Below the pieces are notes generated by a model. It did not search any database and had not been told where the DNA came from. It saw nothing but the letters and a program-made list of their open reading frames with translations. Below are positions 19,017 through 28,435 of a stretch of 64,000 nt of DNA, piece by piece (position 1 is the first letter of the stretch; each line of letters starts with the position of its first letter). This stretch comes from a virus, in the IMG/VR virus record IMGVR_UViG_3300037311_000179; one strand, given 5' to 3'. The position numbers were made by a program, and so were the translations under genes.

Positions 19017-19736
19017 ATGCGCGAGAAGATGCACTCGATCTACACCGCAGTGCCAGCGCGATCTGTGCGCGCTTACGCGAGACGCGGAGCTGCCACTCTG
19101 GAACAGGTTCTCTGCGCAGCGATTGTCGATCCAGCAAACGCAGAAGACGCATTCGAAGAGTACGGGGTAGAAGGTACTCCGCATTCGCTGCAAGACTTCT
19201 TGGATTGTCGAGGCCAGATCGGCGTCGACATCGCGTTGCAGGTGGCAGCGCAGTGGACGATGCGGCAGAAAGAATCGCCAACCGCAATCTGGCATATCGT
19301 CGAATGGGATCACCGCGTCGGCGTTTGGTGTGCGTGTCAGGTTGCGAGAGAGGCACTTCGCTTTGTACCCAAAGACGAAGAGCGTCCGCGCATTGCGATC
19401 GAGATAGCAGAGCGTTGGGTAGCAGGCGACGCGACGATTGAGGAAGTGTGCGCTGCCGCCGTCGGCGCCTACGCAGCCTCTCGCGTAGCCTCTCGCGCTG
19501 CCGTCGACGCCGCCGCCGCCGCCGACGCCACCGCTGCTGCGGCCTACACCGTCACCGCCGCCGCCGACGCCGCCGCCTACGCCGCCTACGCCGCTCGCAC
19601 CACTCGCGCTGCTGCCTCCGCCGCAGCCTCCGTCATCGGACGTAGCCGTGGGCAAGTCTGGGAGCGAGCCAGAGACGCAGAGCTCGTCCGTCTCCGAGAA
19701 GTGATCGCTAACGCCTGCATGACGTTCCCGAGGTAG
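19017..19736 (+). CDS. Imm5-like domain paralog family protein (Ala-rich)
   Basis: DEERPRIAIEIAERW, ACMTFPR. Confidence 0.75.
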   Translation: MREKMHSIYTAVPARSVRAYARRGAATLEQVLCAAIVDPANAEDAFEEYGVEGTPHSLQDFLDCRGQIGVDIALQVAAQWTMRQKESPTAIWHIVEWDHRVGVWCACQVAREALRFVPKDEERPRIAIEIAERWVAGDATIEEVCAAAVGAYAASRVASRAAVDAAAAADATAAAAYTVTAAADAAAYAAYAARTTRAAASAAASVIGRSRGQVWERARDAELVRLREVIANACMTFPR

Positions 19737-19739
19737 CCA

Positions 19740-20426
19740 ATGCGCGAGCCGATGCACCCGATCTACACCGCAGTGCCACTGCGCTCTGTGAGAGCTTACG
19801 CGAAGCGCGAGCCCGTCACGCTGGAGGCAGTTCTGTGCGCTGCGATCGTCGATCCAGAAAACGCAGAGGACGCATTCGAAGAGTACGGTGCTTCGGGCAC
19901 GCCGCATTCGTTGCGAGACTTCTTGGATTGGCGAGGGGATCTCGGCGTCGACATTGCTTTGCAGGTGGCGGCTCAATGGACGATACAGCAGAAAGAAGCG
20001 CGAACCGTGATCGAGCAGATCATTGCGTGGGATCACCGCGTCGGTGTTTGGTGTGCGTGTCAGGTTGCGAGAGAGGCACTTCGCTTTGTACCCGAAGACG
20101 AAGAGCGTCCGCGTATTGCGATTGAGGCCACCGAGCGGTGGGTGATTGGCGACGCAACAATCGACGAGGTGCGCTCCGCCACCGCCGCCGCCGAAACCGC
20201 TTACGTCGCCGCCTACACTGACTACGTCAACGCCGCCGACGACGCTTCCGCCGATGCCGCCTCCGCATATGCCGCCGCCGCCTTCGCCGCCGCCGCCGCC
20301 GCCTACACTGCTGCCGACGCCGACGCCGGACGCAACTATGAGCAAATCTGGGAGCGAGCCAGAAACGAAGAGCTCGTCCGTCTCCGCGAAATCGTCGCCA
20401 ACGCCTGCATGACGTTTCCGAGGTAG
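19740..20426 (+). CDS. Imm5-like domain paralog family protein (Ala-rich)
   Basis: DEERPRIAIEATERW, ACMTFPR. Confidence 0.75.
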   Translation: MREPMHPIYTAVPLRSVRAYAKREPVTLEAVLCAAIVDPENAEDAFEEYGASGTPHSLRDFLDWRGDLGVDIALQVAAQWTIQQKEARTVIEQIIAWDHRVGVWCACQVAREALRFVPEDEERPRIAIEATERWVIGDATIDEVRSATAAAETAYVAAYTDYVNAADDASADAASAYAAAAFAAAAAAYTAADADAGRNYEQIWERARNEELVRLREIVANACMTFPR

Positions 20427-20429
20427 CCA

Positions 20430-21119
20430 ATGCGTGAACCGATGCACCCGATCTACACAATGATTCCTCAGCGATCCTTCGACGCTTACGTCAAGAGAGG
20501 AGACATTGTGGAAGTGATGTGCGCGCTGATCGTCGATCCGAACCAAGCCTACGCCATGGCGCGGGAATACGGAGTGAGAGACACGCCTCACTCACTATCG
20601 GATTTCGAGAAAGCCGGAGGATCTGACGCAGTGGAGACGGCTCTTCTGGCTGCATCCATCTGGACCATGCAGCAAGGAAGCGCCGATACGGCGATATCTG
20701 ACATCGTCTATTGGGATCGTCGCGTCGCCGTGTGGTGCGCCTGTCAGGTTGCTAGGACGGTCCTTCGTTTCATTCCGGCCGGAGAAGACAAGTCGCTCCG
20801 GGCAATCATCACCACAGAAGCCTGGGTCGACGGACGAGCTGACATCTCGCAGGTAAGAACTTCTGCGATGCAGCTTCGAAAGACTTACATACCATCTGCC
20901 ACTTCGTATTCCAATGCGAATGCGTCCGCACACTACGCGGCAGAAAGCGCAATTTCGGACTCTGCCGCATTCAACGCCGTGAGGATGGCAGCTCAGGCCA
21001 TCGCGTACTGTCACCCTGACTACGGAACTCCAGGATTCGATTCTGGAGTCACGACGAGGGAAGAGCTCGTTCGGCTTCGGGAAGTGATTGCAGATGCGTG
21101 CCTTACATTCCCCAGGTAG
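20430..21119 (+). CDS. Imm5-like domain paralog family protein
   Basis: WDRRVAVWCACQ, ACLTFPR. Confidence 0.72.
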   Translation: MREPMHPIYTMIPQRSFDAYVKRGDIVEVMCALIVDPNQAYAMAREYGVRDTPHSLSDFEKAGGSDAVETALLAASIWTMQQGSADTAISDIVYWDRRVAVWCACQVARTVLRFIPAGEDKSLRAIITTEAWVDGRADISQVRTSAMQLRKTYIPSATSYSNANASAHYAAESAISDSAAFNAVRMAAQAIAYCHPDYGTPGFDSGVTTREELVRLREVIADACLTFPR

Positions 21120-21122
21120 CCC

Positions 21123-21821
21123 ATGAAGAAGTCTTCCAAGCGACCGTACACGCTCATTCACCCCAAGTCTTTCAAAGCGTACGTGCGCAGAGGAATACTC
21201 AGAGAAGTCCTGTGCGCGTTGATCGTTCAGCCCGAAGAGGCCGAAGACATGGCGGAGTGGTACGGCTTTTCGGCGACGCCTCACGCGATGAAAGACTTCG
21301 AGCTTGCGGGAGGATCAAAGGCAGTCAGTGCGGCTCTCCAGACCATTGCGGAGTGGACCATGCGACAATCCGGGGCCGATGTCGCGATCGTGCAAATTAC
21401 GCAGTGGAACCGTCGACTCGGCGTTTGGTGCGCTTGCCAGACGGCGAAGACGCTTCTCGGAGAGATGTCTTCTGACGTCGAGCCATTCAAAGAACTCATC
21501 AGCCTCATTGAAGGCTGGGTTGCGGGTCGCGTCGGCAGACTCGATCTTCAAGCGGCTGCTTCTCGATTCAACCAATCATCATACAATTACGAATCGACTT
21601 TTGATCTCTATGCTATGGATGCTGTCGTAAATGCTGCTTTTGCTGGTTCATATCGAGACGAAGAGTACGCAGATGCGTCGACAAAGCAGTCCGTCGCAGC
21701 AGCGGCCATGGCACCGCTCGATCGGCTCGACGGTAGCGTCAAATGGAACAGAGAGTTCGCCGAACGACTCGCGTACCTGCGAAGTTTCATCGCGAACGCC
21801 TGTCTCACATTTCCGGGATAG
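21123..21821 (+). CDS. Imm5-like domain paralog family protein
   Basis: WNRRLGVWCACQ, ACLTFPG. Confidence 0.7.
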   Translation: MKKSSKRPYTLIHPKSFKAYVRRGILREVLCALIVQPEEAEDMAEWYGFSATPHAMKDFELAGGSKAVSAALQTIAEWTMRQSGADVAIVQITQWNRRLGVWCACQTAKTLLGEMSSDVEPFKELISLIEGWVAGRVGRLDLQAAASRFNQSSYNYESTFDLYAMDAVVNAAFAGSYRDEEYADASTKQSVAAAAMAPLDRLDGSVKWNREFAERLAYLRSFIANACLTFPG

Positions 21822-21861
21822 GTCTTCTGCGAAAAGAGGCAGTCGGATCTACCATTGAGCC

Positions 21862-22665
21862 ATGGCAGACGTCACGGTGACGCGCACGGGCGGTTTGACG
21901 ATCGCATCGTTCGAGCCGAACCAGCTTGGGATCGTGATTTCACCGCGCGAGGGCAGAACTGTCTTCCCGATGTCTGCGGCGGATGTCATCGCGGCGGACT
22001 CTACGGTTGTCGCAGCGCTCGACGGCCCGATGTTCGAGACGTGCGACGATCTGCCGTATGCGAGGTCCCAGTGCGCTGATCTTGACTACGTCCATCAAGA
22101 CGCTCGCGCTGGCGTTCGATATGCCTCCGACCCGGACAAGGCCACGCGAGGCATCACGATCTCGGCGATGCCCAATGGATCTTCGATTGCGGAGATCGGC
22201 GGAGACATTCCTCCAGGAGCCATCGCCTCGGTCCAGATGTATCCGACATTGGTGTACGACGGATTCGCGCAATCCGTGTCCACGTCCGGCTCAAACGCGA
22301 ACACGCTCTGGAGAGCAGCCTTCGCGCAAATGAGGGACGGCAGGCTGGCGTTTATCGTCGGCCGTGATTCGCTTCTTGGATTCGCGCGATCTCTCGCCGC
22401 AGCAGGCGTCTACGCGGCGGGATACACCGATGGTGGTGGGAGCGCTCTGCTTCTCGCCGACGGCAATCGATTTGGCAGCACCGAGAACCGCAGGGTCGCT
22501 TCCTGGATCGTTGCTCGCAGAAAGTCTTCGGTGCAGCCCTCTTTGGTAGCGCCGATTCTCGTGGGCGTGGCAGTGGTTGCTACGGTCGGAGTTTTTTCGT
22601 ATAAACCAAGCCGCGAACGCATTTTCAAATCGTTCCGCGAAATGCGGAAAAGACTCGGAGCGTAG
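21862..22665 (+). CDS. phosphodiester glycosidase (NAGPA-like) with C-terminal membrane anchor
   Basis: ALDGPMF, SVQMYPTLV, LWRAAFAQMRDGRLAFIV, AGYTDGGGSALL, RRVASWI; C-terminal hydrophobic helix. Confidence 0.7.
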   Translation: MADVTVTRTGGLTIASFEPNQLGIVISPREGRTVFPMSAADVIAADSTVVAALDGPMFETCDDLPYARSQCADLDYVHQDARAGVRYASDPDKATRGITISAMPNGSSIAEIGGDIPPGAIASVQMYPTLVYDGFAQSVSTSGSNANTLWRAAFAQMRDGRLAFIVGRDSLLGFARSLAAAGVYAAGYTDGGGSALLLADGNRFGSTENRRVASWIVARRKSSVQPSLVAPILVGVAVVATVGVFSYKPSRERIFKSFREMRKRLGA

Positions 22666-22668
22666 CTC

Positions 22669-23130
22669 GTGGACTTGAGCCTCATCTCTCTCAAAGACAT
22701 CGACGATCGAGTCGTCGATCTGAAGTCGTACAGCGACAAACCGGCGCTGCTCATCATCGAGAGCCTCGCGTCGATCGCTCAGAACACGCTGTTCAAGAGC
22801 GTTCTTCAAGAGCAGGCGAAGAGGGTCAAAGATCTGGACAAGAAGATGCGGCTCATCGCAGTCGCGGATCTGTCTGGGACCACCGGAGCCATGCTCCACG
22901 TCGCGCATGCGGCGATCTCGCAGGCTCAGTCTCGCGAGCCGCTCATCAGGATCTTGGTCGATCGCGAAGGACTCGTGAACTCCCACCTCCGCAGCGCGCC
23001 GGACAAGTCGAACGTCATCGTTCTCGACGTCGGCCTTCGTCCTGTGCTTGGATTCTCGGGCACTCTTTCGCGCGAGAAGACGGACGCGGTTCTCCGCAAG
23101 CTGTCGGCCCTCATCGGTGTCGACGTCTGA
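22669..23130 (+). CDS. thioredoxin-fold (YtfJ-like) protein lacking CxxC
   Basis: LKDIDDRVVDLKSYSDKPALLI..ILVDREG..SNVIVLD pattern; GTG start. Confidence 0.45.
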   Translation: MDLSLISLKDIDDRVVDLKSYSDKPALLIIESLASIAQNTLFKSVLQEQAKRVKDLDKKMRLIAVADLSGTTGAMLHVAHAAISQAQSREPLIRILVDREGLVNSHLRSAPDKSNVIVLDVGLRPVLGFSGTLSREKTDAVLRKLSALIGVDV

Positions 23131-23201
23131 GAAAACCTGTTTTCCGTCTACTTTTACTATGACGGGCAGCAGCGCCTAGCCTCGCGATCAGAGGTGATTC
23201 A

Positions 23202-23669
23202 ATGGCAGATCTCAGTTCAAAGCCGAGCGTCCCGTTTCAGCAGAACCAGCTCGGCAACGGCGTGCTCAACACGGTCTTCCCACCCACGGCTCAGGGTCGC
23301 GAGGCTGGGCAGCAGCTCTATCTCTGGGACAAGGATCGTCTGCTCGTCCTCGTCAACGAGTCCGGGACGGTGCAGTGGAAGGAACTCTTCCTCACGAACC
23401 CCGCAGGAACGGCGTTCGCGGCGAACCAGCCGACCGGAACGGACACGATCACAAACGGAACGAACACGAAGGTCGTCAACAACACTCGCTGCACCGGCAG
23501 CTCGGTCGTGCTGATCACGGCCATCACGCCGGGCCTGCGAGCGGCGGCTCCTGTGCAGTTCACGGTCGTGCCCGGCAACGGATCGTTCACGGTGAACGTG
23601 AACAACTTCGCTGGAGCGCTCGTGAACGTGACGGCCGACGTGAACTTCATCTACGCGATCATCGGCTGA
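23202..23669 (+). CDS. putative structural beta-rich protein
   Basis: GAGG SD; Thr/Asn/Val-rich; C-terminal SSVVLIT..FTVNV..VNFIYAIIG; biased codon usage. Confidence 0.6.
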   Translation: MADLSSKPSVPFQQNQLGNGVLNTVFPPTAQGREAGQQLYLWDKDRLLVLVNESGTVQWKELFLTNPAGTAFAANQPTGTDTITNGTNTKVVNNTRCTGSSVVLITAITPGLRAAAPVQFTVVPGNGSFTVNVNNFAGALVNVTADVNFIYAIIG

Positions 23670-23706
23670 TCCCAGATCGTCGAGGGGGAGGCGTTGGGTT
23701 CTCGGG

Positions 23707-25221
23707 CATGCCTGACCGGCTAACGGGTTCGACCCGGGTTTGAGTGCGGGAAGACGTTGGGAGCTCCGGCGCAGAAGGGAGATGACAAACGGGGGCGGCG
23801 CCCTGAACAGTTGTGGTCTCTGAACTCCAACAACCACCAGAGGCCGCCCCACATGAATGGTTCTACGTTGAAGTCGATCGTCTCTGCAACGCTCCATCCA
23901 ACGCTGATCGACAAGATCGCCGCCAAGCACTCGCTCGTGCTGCGTTCTGGCGGCCTGGTGTGTGCGTGCGATCTCGTCCTCAGCCTCTGCGTTGCGAGCT
24001 GCATCGGGCCCGATCGATCGATCGCTGAGGCGCGCAGACAGTGGGAGTTGATCGCAGGGCGCACCATCGCTCGAAGCTCCTTCGACGCCCACTTCGACAA
24101 AGACGCACTCGGCGATTCCATCTGGGATTTGCTGCGGTCTACGATGCGAACGTCCAACCGTGCGCTTCGACGTCAGTGGCCCCGCGCGCTGCGAGACTTG
24201 TTCGACGTCATGATCGACGATGGCTCGCGTGCAAGGTTGCGACGTAAGGCCAAAGAGGAGTTTCCTGCGACCGACGAAGACACGGCAGGCGTTAAGCTCA
24301 TGGCGCGCATGGCGTTGGGCGAGTGCAAGCTCAACGAGGCGTCGGTCGGCGCGGCGCGAACGCATGACCACGCGCTGCGAACGACCACAAAGTTCAGAGC
24401 GAAGGTGCTCTACCTGAGAGACCTCGGCTTCTACGATCACGCAGAATTCGCAGCGATTTGTGCGGCCGGAGCATTCTTCGTGAGTCGTTGGAAGGAGGGG
24501 GTCACTGCGATCGTTCGGGGCCACGCATCGGGTCTGCTGTTGCCCGAGAGCCTCGCGCAAGAACAGGCGCTCGAGCGCAGCGATGTGCTGGGTCGCACGA
24601 GCGACGTGGACGCCGAGTTGAAGTTGGAGAACGGCGCGCGGTTGCCCGTGCGACTTGTGCGCGTGCGCTTCGTGCTCGTCGACAAGCGTGGCAAGGAGAC
24701 GGGCGAACAGGAGCGCTGGTACGTCACCAACCTGCCGCGCAAGCACTGGGACGTCGACGCGATATCGACTGCATATCGGCTGCGCTGGCTGGTGGAACGC
24801 GCGTTCCGCCGGATGAAGCACGTCGCACGAATCGATCACCTTCAGACGTCGCGAAAGACAGCGGTCATGGCGCTGCTGGGCGCAGCGCTGTTGGTGTCTG
24901 CGCTCGCGGAGCGCGTGCACCGCGAACTGGCTCGCGAGGAAGGGATCACGAAGGTCAGCCTCGAACGCTGTCAGCTCATACTCGCCTCGGCGCTGCCTCG
25001 AATCGTCCAGCTGCTGATCGAGGAACACACAGGGCGCGTTCTGGACTTCGATGCGATCGCCCGAGTCGTCACACATGAATCAAGGCACCCAAATCCAAGA
25101 CAGCCGCACCTTGTTTCGGAGGTCTTCTCAGCGCTCTCGGAGGCTGCGTAGTGCCGTGCGAGAACCGTGCGGGTCTTGCGCTGGAAATCATGCGGCCATT
25201 CTCACTAGCCGGTCAGGCATG
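23707..25221 (+). mobile_element. IS4-family (IS231-like) insertion sequence, 1515 bp
   Basis: Perfect 16-bp TIR CATGCCTGACCGGCTA (23707-23722) / TAGCCGGTCAGGCATG (25206-25221); 10-bp direct repeat GGTTCTCGGG at 23697-23706 and 25222-25231. Confidence 0.93.
23853..25151 (+). CDS. IS4-family DDE transposase
   Basis: MIDDGS, YLRDLGFY, YRLRWLVERAFRRMK (Y-2-R-3-E-6-K signature); longer in-frame start possible at 23757. Confidence 0.9.
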   Translation: MNGSTLKSIVSATLHPTLIDKIAAKHSLVLRSGGLVCACDLVLSLCVASCIGPDRSIAEARRQWELIAGRTIARSSFDAHFDKDALGDSIWDLLRSTMRTSNRALRRQWPRALRDLFDVMIDDGSRARLRRKAKEEFPATDEDTAGVKLMARMALGECKLNEASVGAARTHDHALRTTTKFRAKVLYLRDLGFYDHAEFAAICAAGAFFVSRWKEGVTAIVRGHASGLLLPESLAQEQALERSDVLGRTSDVDAELKLENGARLPVRLVRVRFVLVDKRGKETGEQERWYVTNLPRKHWDVDAISTAYRLRWLVERAFRRMKHVARIDHLQTSRKTAVMALLGAALLVSALAERVHRELAREEGITKVSLERCQLILASALPRIVQLLIEEHTGRVLDFDAIARVVTHESRHPNPRQPHLVSEVFSALSEAA

Positions 25222-25244
25222 GGTTCTCGGGCTAGCATTGGGGC

Positions 25245-26150
25245 ATGCCAGTTCCGTCGAATCCGCCAAACTATATGAGCCCCGAGCCGGACAGCGCTTG
25301 GTGGCTCTTCTACGAGCGAGGCGTCGACTCTCCGAACGACGCGCTTGTTCTCGCGACGACAGGGTTCTTCTTCAATCGCGCTCTCCAGGGATTGCTGAGC
25401 GGATACAACTTTTCCATTCGGAAAGCGTATCGAGCTGGCGGTCCTTTGGGTGGCGTCTCCGTTGGCTGGGGAGGCGCTCGTGGCGCAAACACAGACTTCG
25501 GCAACGTGGCCATCGAGGGGAAGTGGGGTCCAACCACGAATGCTGCGCTCTGGCGTTTCATCGCAGAGCAGTCCGGCAGCGTGATCAGCCAAGTCCCGGT
25601 AGCCGACGACTTCGATCCGATCACGATCAGCTATCTCGATGCGATCGAGCAGTCTGCGAAAGATCAGCGCCTCAACGAGAAAACGATCGAAGCGGCTCAA
25701 TGGGTGATCACGTATCAGGGCGGATACGACTGGCGGCGCCAGATGGCCCCGCAGTCGACTGTCGGTGTTCCCTCGCAAATCGCAGCTCGATCTGTCTTTC
25801 CGCAGTGGAACGAGTCTCCACCGCGGCCGACGAGACCGATCGCGGCCTTGGAGCTTCGTGTGTGGCCTGTGTCGGAGAACCCTCCACCGTTCACGAGCAC
25901 CGACGATCGTCTTCCGGTTCGATCCGGGGGTGGGGCATCGTCTTCAGTGCTGCCATGGGTCGCAGGAATTGGCACCGTGGCTCTGCTCGGCGGTGCGATC
26001 TGGTATTTCAGCTCTCGCTCCGGCGTCGAGGCAGAGTCGTCTCCGTCTCCGAGGGACTTGCTGAGAGGAGGCGATGAGCCCGAGTCGTTCGAGCCTCCTG
26101 CGCCCCCTCGCCGACCGCCTCAGACGCCCGCCAAGAGGAGGACTCGATGA
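25245..26150 (+). CDS. membrane-anchored protein with peptidoglycan-binding-like motif
   Basis: IEGKWGPTTNAAL motif; helix VLPWVAGIGTVALLGGAIWYF; Pro-rich tail. Confidence 0.6.
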   Translation: MPVPSNPPNYMSPEPDSAWWLFYERGVDSPNDALVLATTGFFFNRALQGLLSGYNFSIRKAYRAGGPLGGVSVGWGGARGANTDFGNVAIEGKWGPTTNAALWRFIAEQSGSVISQVPVADDFDPITISYLDAIEQSAKDQRLNEKTIEAAQWVITYQGGYDWRRQMAPQSTVGVPSQIAARSVFPQWNESPPRPTRPIAALELRVWPVSENPPPFTSTDDRLPVRSGGGASSSVLPWVAGIGTVALLGGAIWYFSSRSGVEAESSPSPRDLLRGGDEPESFEPPAPPRRPPQTPAKRRTR

Positions 26151-26887
26151 AATACTACATGGTGTCGGTCCAGCGCTGCGAAGGCCCTCTGGCGCGATCT
26201 GATCCGCGACAGGTCTTGATCGATAAGTTCCGTCGCTCGACGGAAGGCGGCGACTACGGATCGTTCGTCGGCCCTGCACCCCGCGTGACTCGTGCTGCTG
26301 GCGGCACGTGCGCTTCGGTTTCTTTGGAGACCACGATGACCGCGGCATGGCTCTTCGCGGTGCCGTCGCTCGAATTTCCCCCTCGCGGCTACTACGACAC
26401 GATTCTTTTGGATCTGATGCGTGGCATTCACAGGCAGTTTCAGATGCTTGGCGAGCCGGAGTCATGGAGCGCGCTGGAGATCATCGGAGCCGTGCTTTTC
26501 CCGGTTCCGACGGCGGCGTACATGATCGGAGAGCGTGCTGCGGACGGAACGCTGAATCCGCCGTATTTCAACCTCACGATCAACGAATACTCCCCGGACG
26601 TCAACGGCTCGATCGAATGGTGGCAGAGCGGAGAAGCTGCGAGAACGGCCACTGGGGATCGCTGGGTCGCGGATTCCCCGCGCGAAAATCCGATCGGGCC
26701 GAACAGCTTGATCGACCAGTCAGGGGGTCCGCTCGGGACGTACGTGAAGATCGCCGCAGGGGTGACGATCGCGGTGAGCCTCGCCTACATCGTCAGCAAG
26801 CTGACTTCGAGTCCGTCGGAACCACCTCCGCAGAGCTACATTCCGACCCGAGCGGAAGACCCGAATCGCAGACGTCGGAGATACTGA
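26147..26887 (+). CDS. membrane-anchored hypothetical protein
   Basis: ATGA overlap; RENP; C-terminal helix IAAGVTIAVSLAYIV. Confidence 0.6.
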   Translation: MKYYMVSVQRCEGPLARSDPRQVLIDKFRRSTEGGDYGSFVGPAPRVTRAAGGTCASVSLETTMTAAWLFAVPSLEFPPRGYYDTILLDLMRGIHRQFQMLGEPESWSALEIIGAVLFPVPTAAYMIGERAADGTLNPPYFNLTINEYSPDVNGSIEWWQSGEAARTATGDRWVADSPRENPIGPNSLIDQSGGPLGTYVKIAAGVTIAVSLAYIVSKLTSSPSEPPPQSYIPTRAEDPNRRRRRY

Positions 26888-26920
26888 TCTCCATGCTATC
26901 CTCCGATCTCGGAGGCCAGC

Positions 26921-27460
26921 ATGTCGCAGGTTTTTCAAGAGATCAAGCCCGCTCTGTACGAGATCATCGGGCTCGTGTTCACGTTCGCTCTGCTTTTCGT
27001 CACCCGCTACGTCAATGATCTGCTGAAGCAGAACATTGGCAAGAAGGCGTACGAAGAGCTTTCGGAGATCGTCGCTACGTGCGTCAGGGCCGCGCAGCAA
27101 ACGCTCGTCCTTCCAGCGAAGAATCCCGATGACAAGCGGATCGACTGGTCGGAGGCCACGGCAGACACCGTGCGTCGCCATGTGATCGCGAGCGTGAAGT
27201 CTGTCGGAAAGCGAGCGATCCAGGCGCTCGTGAAGTCTGGCATGTCAGAAGACGCGATCGACGTTCTGATTACTCAGCTCGTCGAGAGTCACGTACTCAC
27301 GGAGAAGGGCAGCAATGCCGCGCTTGCTTCGACTGCCCAGCAAGTCTTTTCGATGCTGTCCAATCTCTCGAAGAAAGGCAGCCCGCCCGGCGAACCGCCG
27401 CCTCCTGCATCCAGCGGAGACCCGGCGATTCCGCCTCCTTCCACCGAAAGGCCACACTGA
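26921..27460 (+). CDS. putative LL-H-family holin
   Basis: Single N-terminal helix, then IVATCVRAAQQ..IDVLITQLVESHV resembling LL-H holins; GGAGG SD. Confidence 0.55.
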   Translation: MSQVFQEIKPALYEIIGLVFTFALLFVTRYVNDLLKQNIGKKAYEELSEIVATCVRAAQQTLVLPAKNPDDKRIDWSEATADTVRRHVIASVKSVGKRAIQALVKSGMSEDAIDVLITQLVESHVLTEKGSNAALASTAQQVFSMLSNLSKKGSPPGEPPPPASSGDPAIPPPSTERPH

Positions 27461-27463
27461 CCC

Positions 27464-27715
27464 ATGCGCGTTCTCGTTTTCATCATTGCGCTCTGCCTGA
27501 CCGGGTGCCCCCGGTGGCGCGGAGATCCCGACGGCTGCACGTCCGGTGAGACGCGATGCAGTCCCACGGGCGTCCCCCAGGTGTGTTCTCCCGCTCGCTA
27601 CTGGACCAACGGGGATCGTCCGTGCGGGGAGCTCGGAGCGGTGTGCTGCGCGACGCAAATTCGGGGAGCGTCGATGCACGGCTGCATTCGAGGATCAGTC
27701 TGCCCTTCTCAGTAG
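27464..27715 (+). CDS. small Cys-rich lipoprotein
   Basis: Lipobox LTGC after hydrophobic signal; CTSGETRC..QVC..CGELGAVCC. Confidence 0.6.
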   Translation: MRVLVFIIALCLTGCPRWRGDPDGCTSGETRCSPTGVPQVCSPARYWTNGDRPCGELGAVCCATQIRGASMHGCIRGSVCPSQ

Positions 27716-27741
27716 ACTGATCGGCGGTATTCTACCGCCCA

Positions 27742-28431
27742 ATGAAGGACTATAGCTGCTCTGATTTCTCGCTCGTCCCAGAGCGATGCTGGAGAGCGAT
27801 CGTCAAGGACGGCCTTCTGGGAGAGATCCTATGGGCCCTTGCGACCGATCCGAACGAGGCGGATGAGATTTATGCGTGGCGCGACGAGATGCCCACGATG
27901 AGTCATTTTCGAGATCAGTGCGGCAACCGAGGCGTAGACGCTGCTCTTCAGACCATTTCAGAATGGAACATGTTGACTCTCCATGTTCCGTCGTCTGTTG
28001 CTGCTATCGCAAGATTCGATCATCGCCTTGGAGTGTGGTGTTGCCTGCAAGCGTCTCGTCATCTTGCTTCGTTCTTTCCCGCATCTCCTTTCGACGAGCC
28101 GCTGAGCATTGTCGACGCATGGATTCGAGGTCGCGCGAGCCCAGGATCAGTGCATGAACTTTCTAACCAGATGGCTACTCCGCTCAATGATGAGTACATC
28201 ATGGAGACAGGCTACACGACGACAAAGACCGCGATTTTTCACTTGCTCTGCTCTGTCACGCGCAGTCCCAAGTACCACCTTGAATCCATGATAGTTCAAG
28301 GAGGAAAGGCTTTTGGCTTCATTCAGAACGGCGAGCCATATAACTACATCACGCACAACGTCTCGTTTTCAAATATGATGATCTCTTTTCGCGAAAAGAT
28401 CTCAGAAGCCTGCATGACGTTTCCTAGGTGA
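27742..28431 (+). CDS. Imm5-like paralog family protein (divergent)
   Basis: LATDPNEADE, GVDAALQTISEW, FDHRLGVWCCLQ, ACMTFPR. Confidence 0.7.
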   Translation: MKDYSCSDFSLVPERCWRAIVKDGLLGEILWALATDPNEADEIYAWRDEMPTMSHFRDQCGNRGVDAALQTISEWNMLTLHVPSSVAAIARFDHRLGVWCCLQASRHLASFFPASPFDEPLSIVDAWIRGRASPGSVHELSNQMATPLNDEYIMETGYTTTKTAIFHLLCSVTRSPKYHLESMIVQGGKAFGFIQNGEPYNYITHNVSFSNMMISFREKISEACMTFPR

Positions 28432-28435
28432 TCGC

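Noticed and set aside
23217-25076. Long antisense ORFs (619 aa here; also 33836-36022, 37972-40290, 6175-7215)
   Set aside because: Shadow ORFs from high GC3 codon bias opposite well-supported genes.
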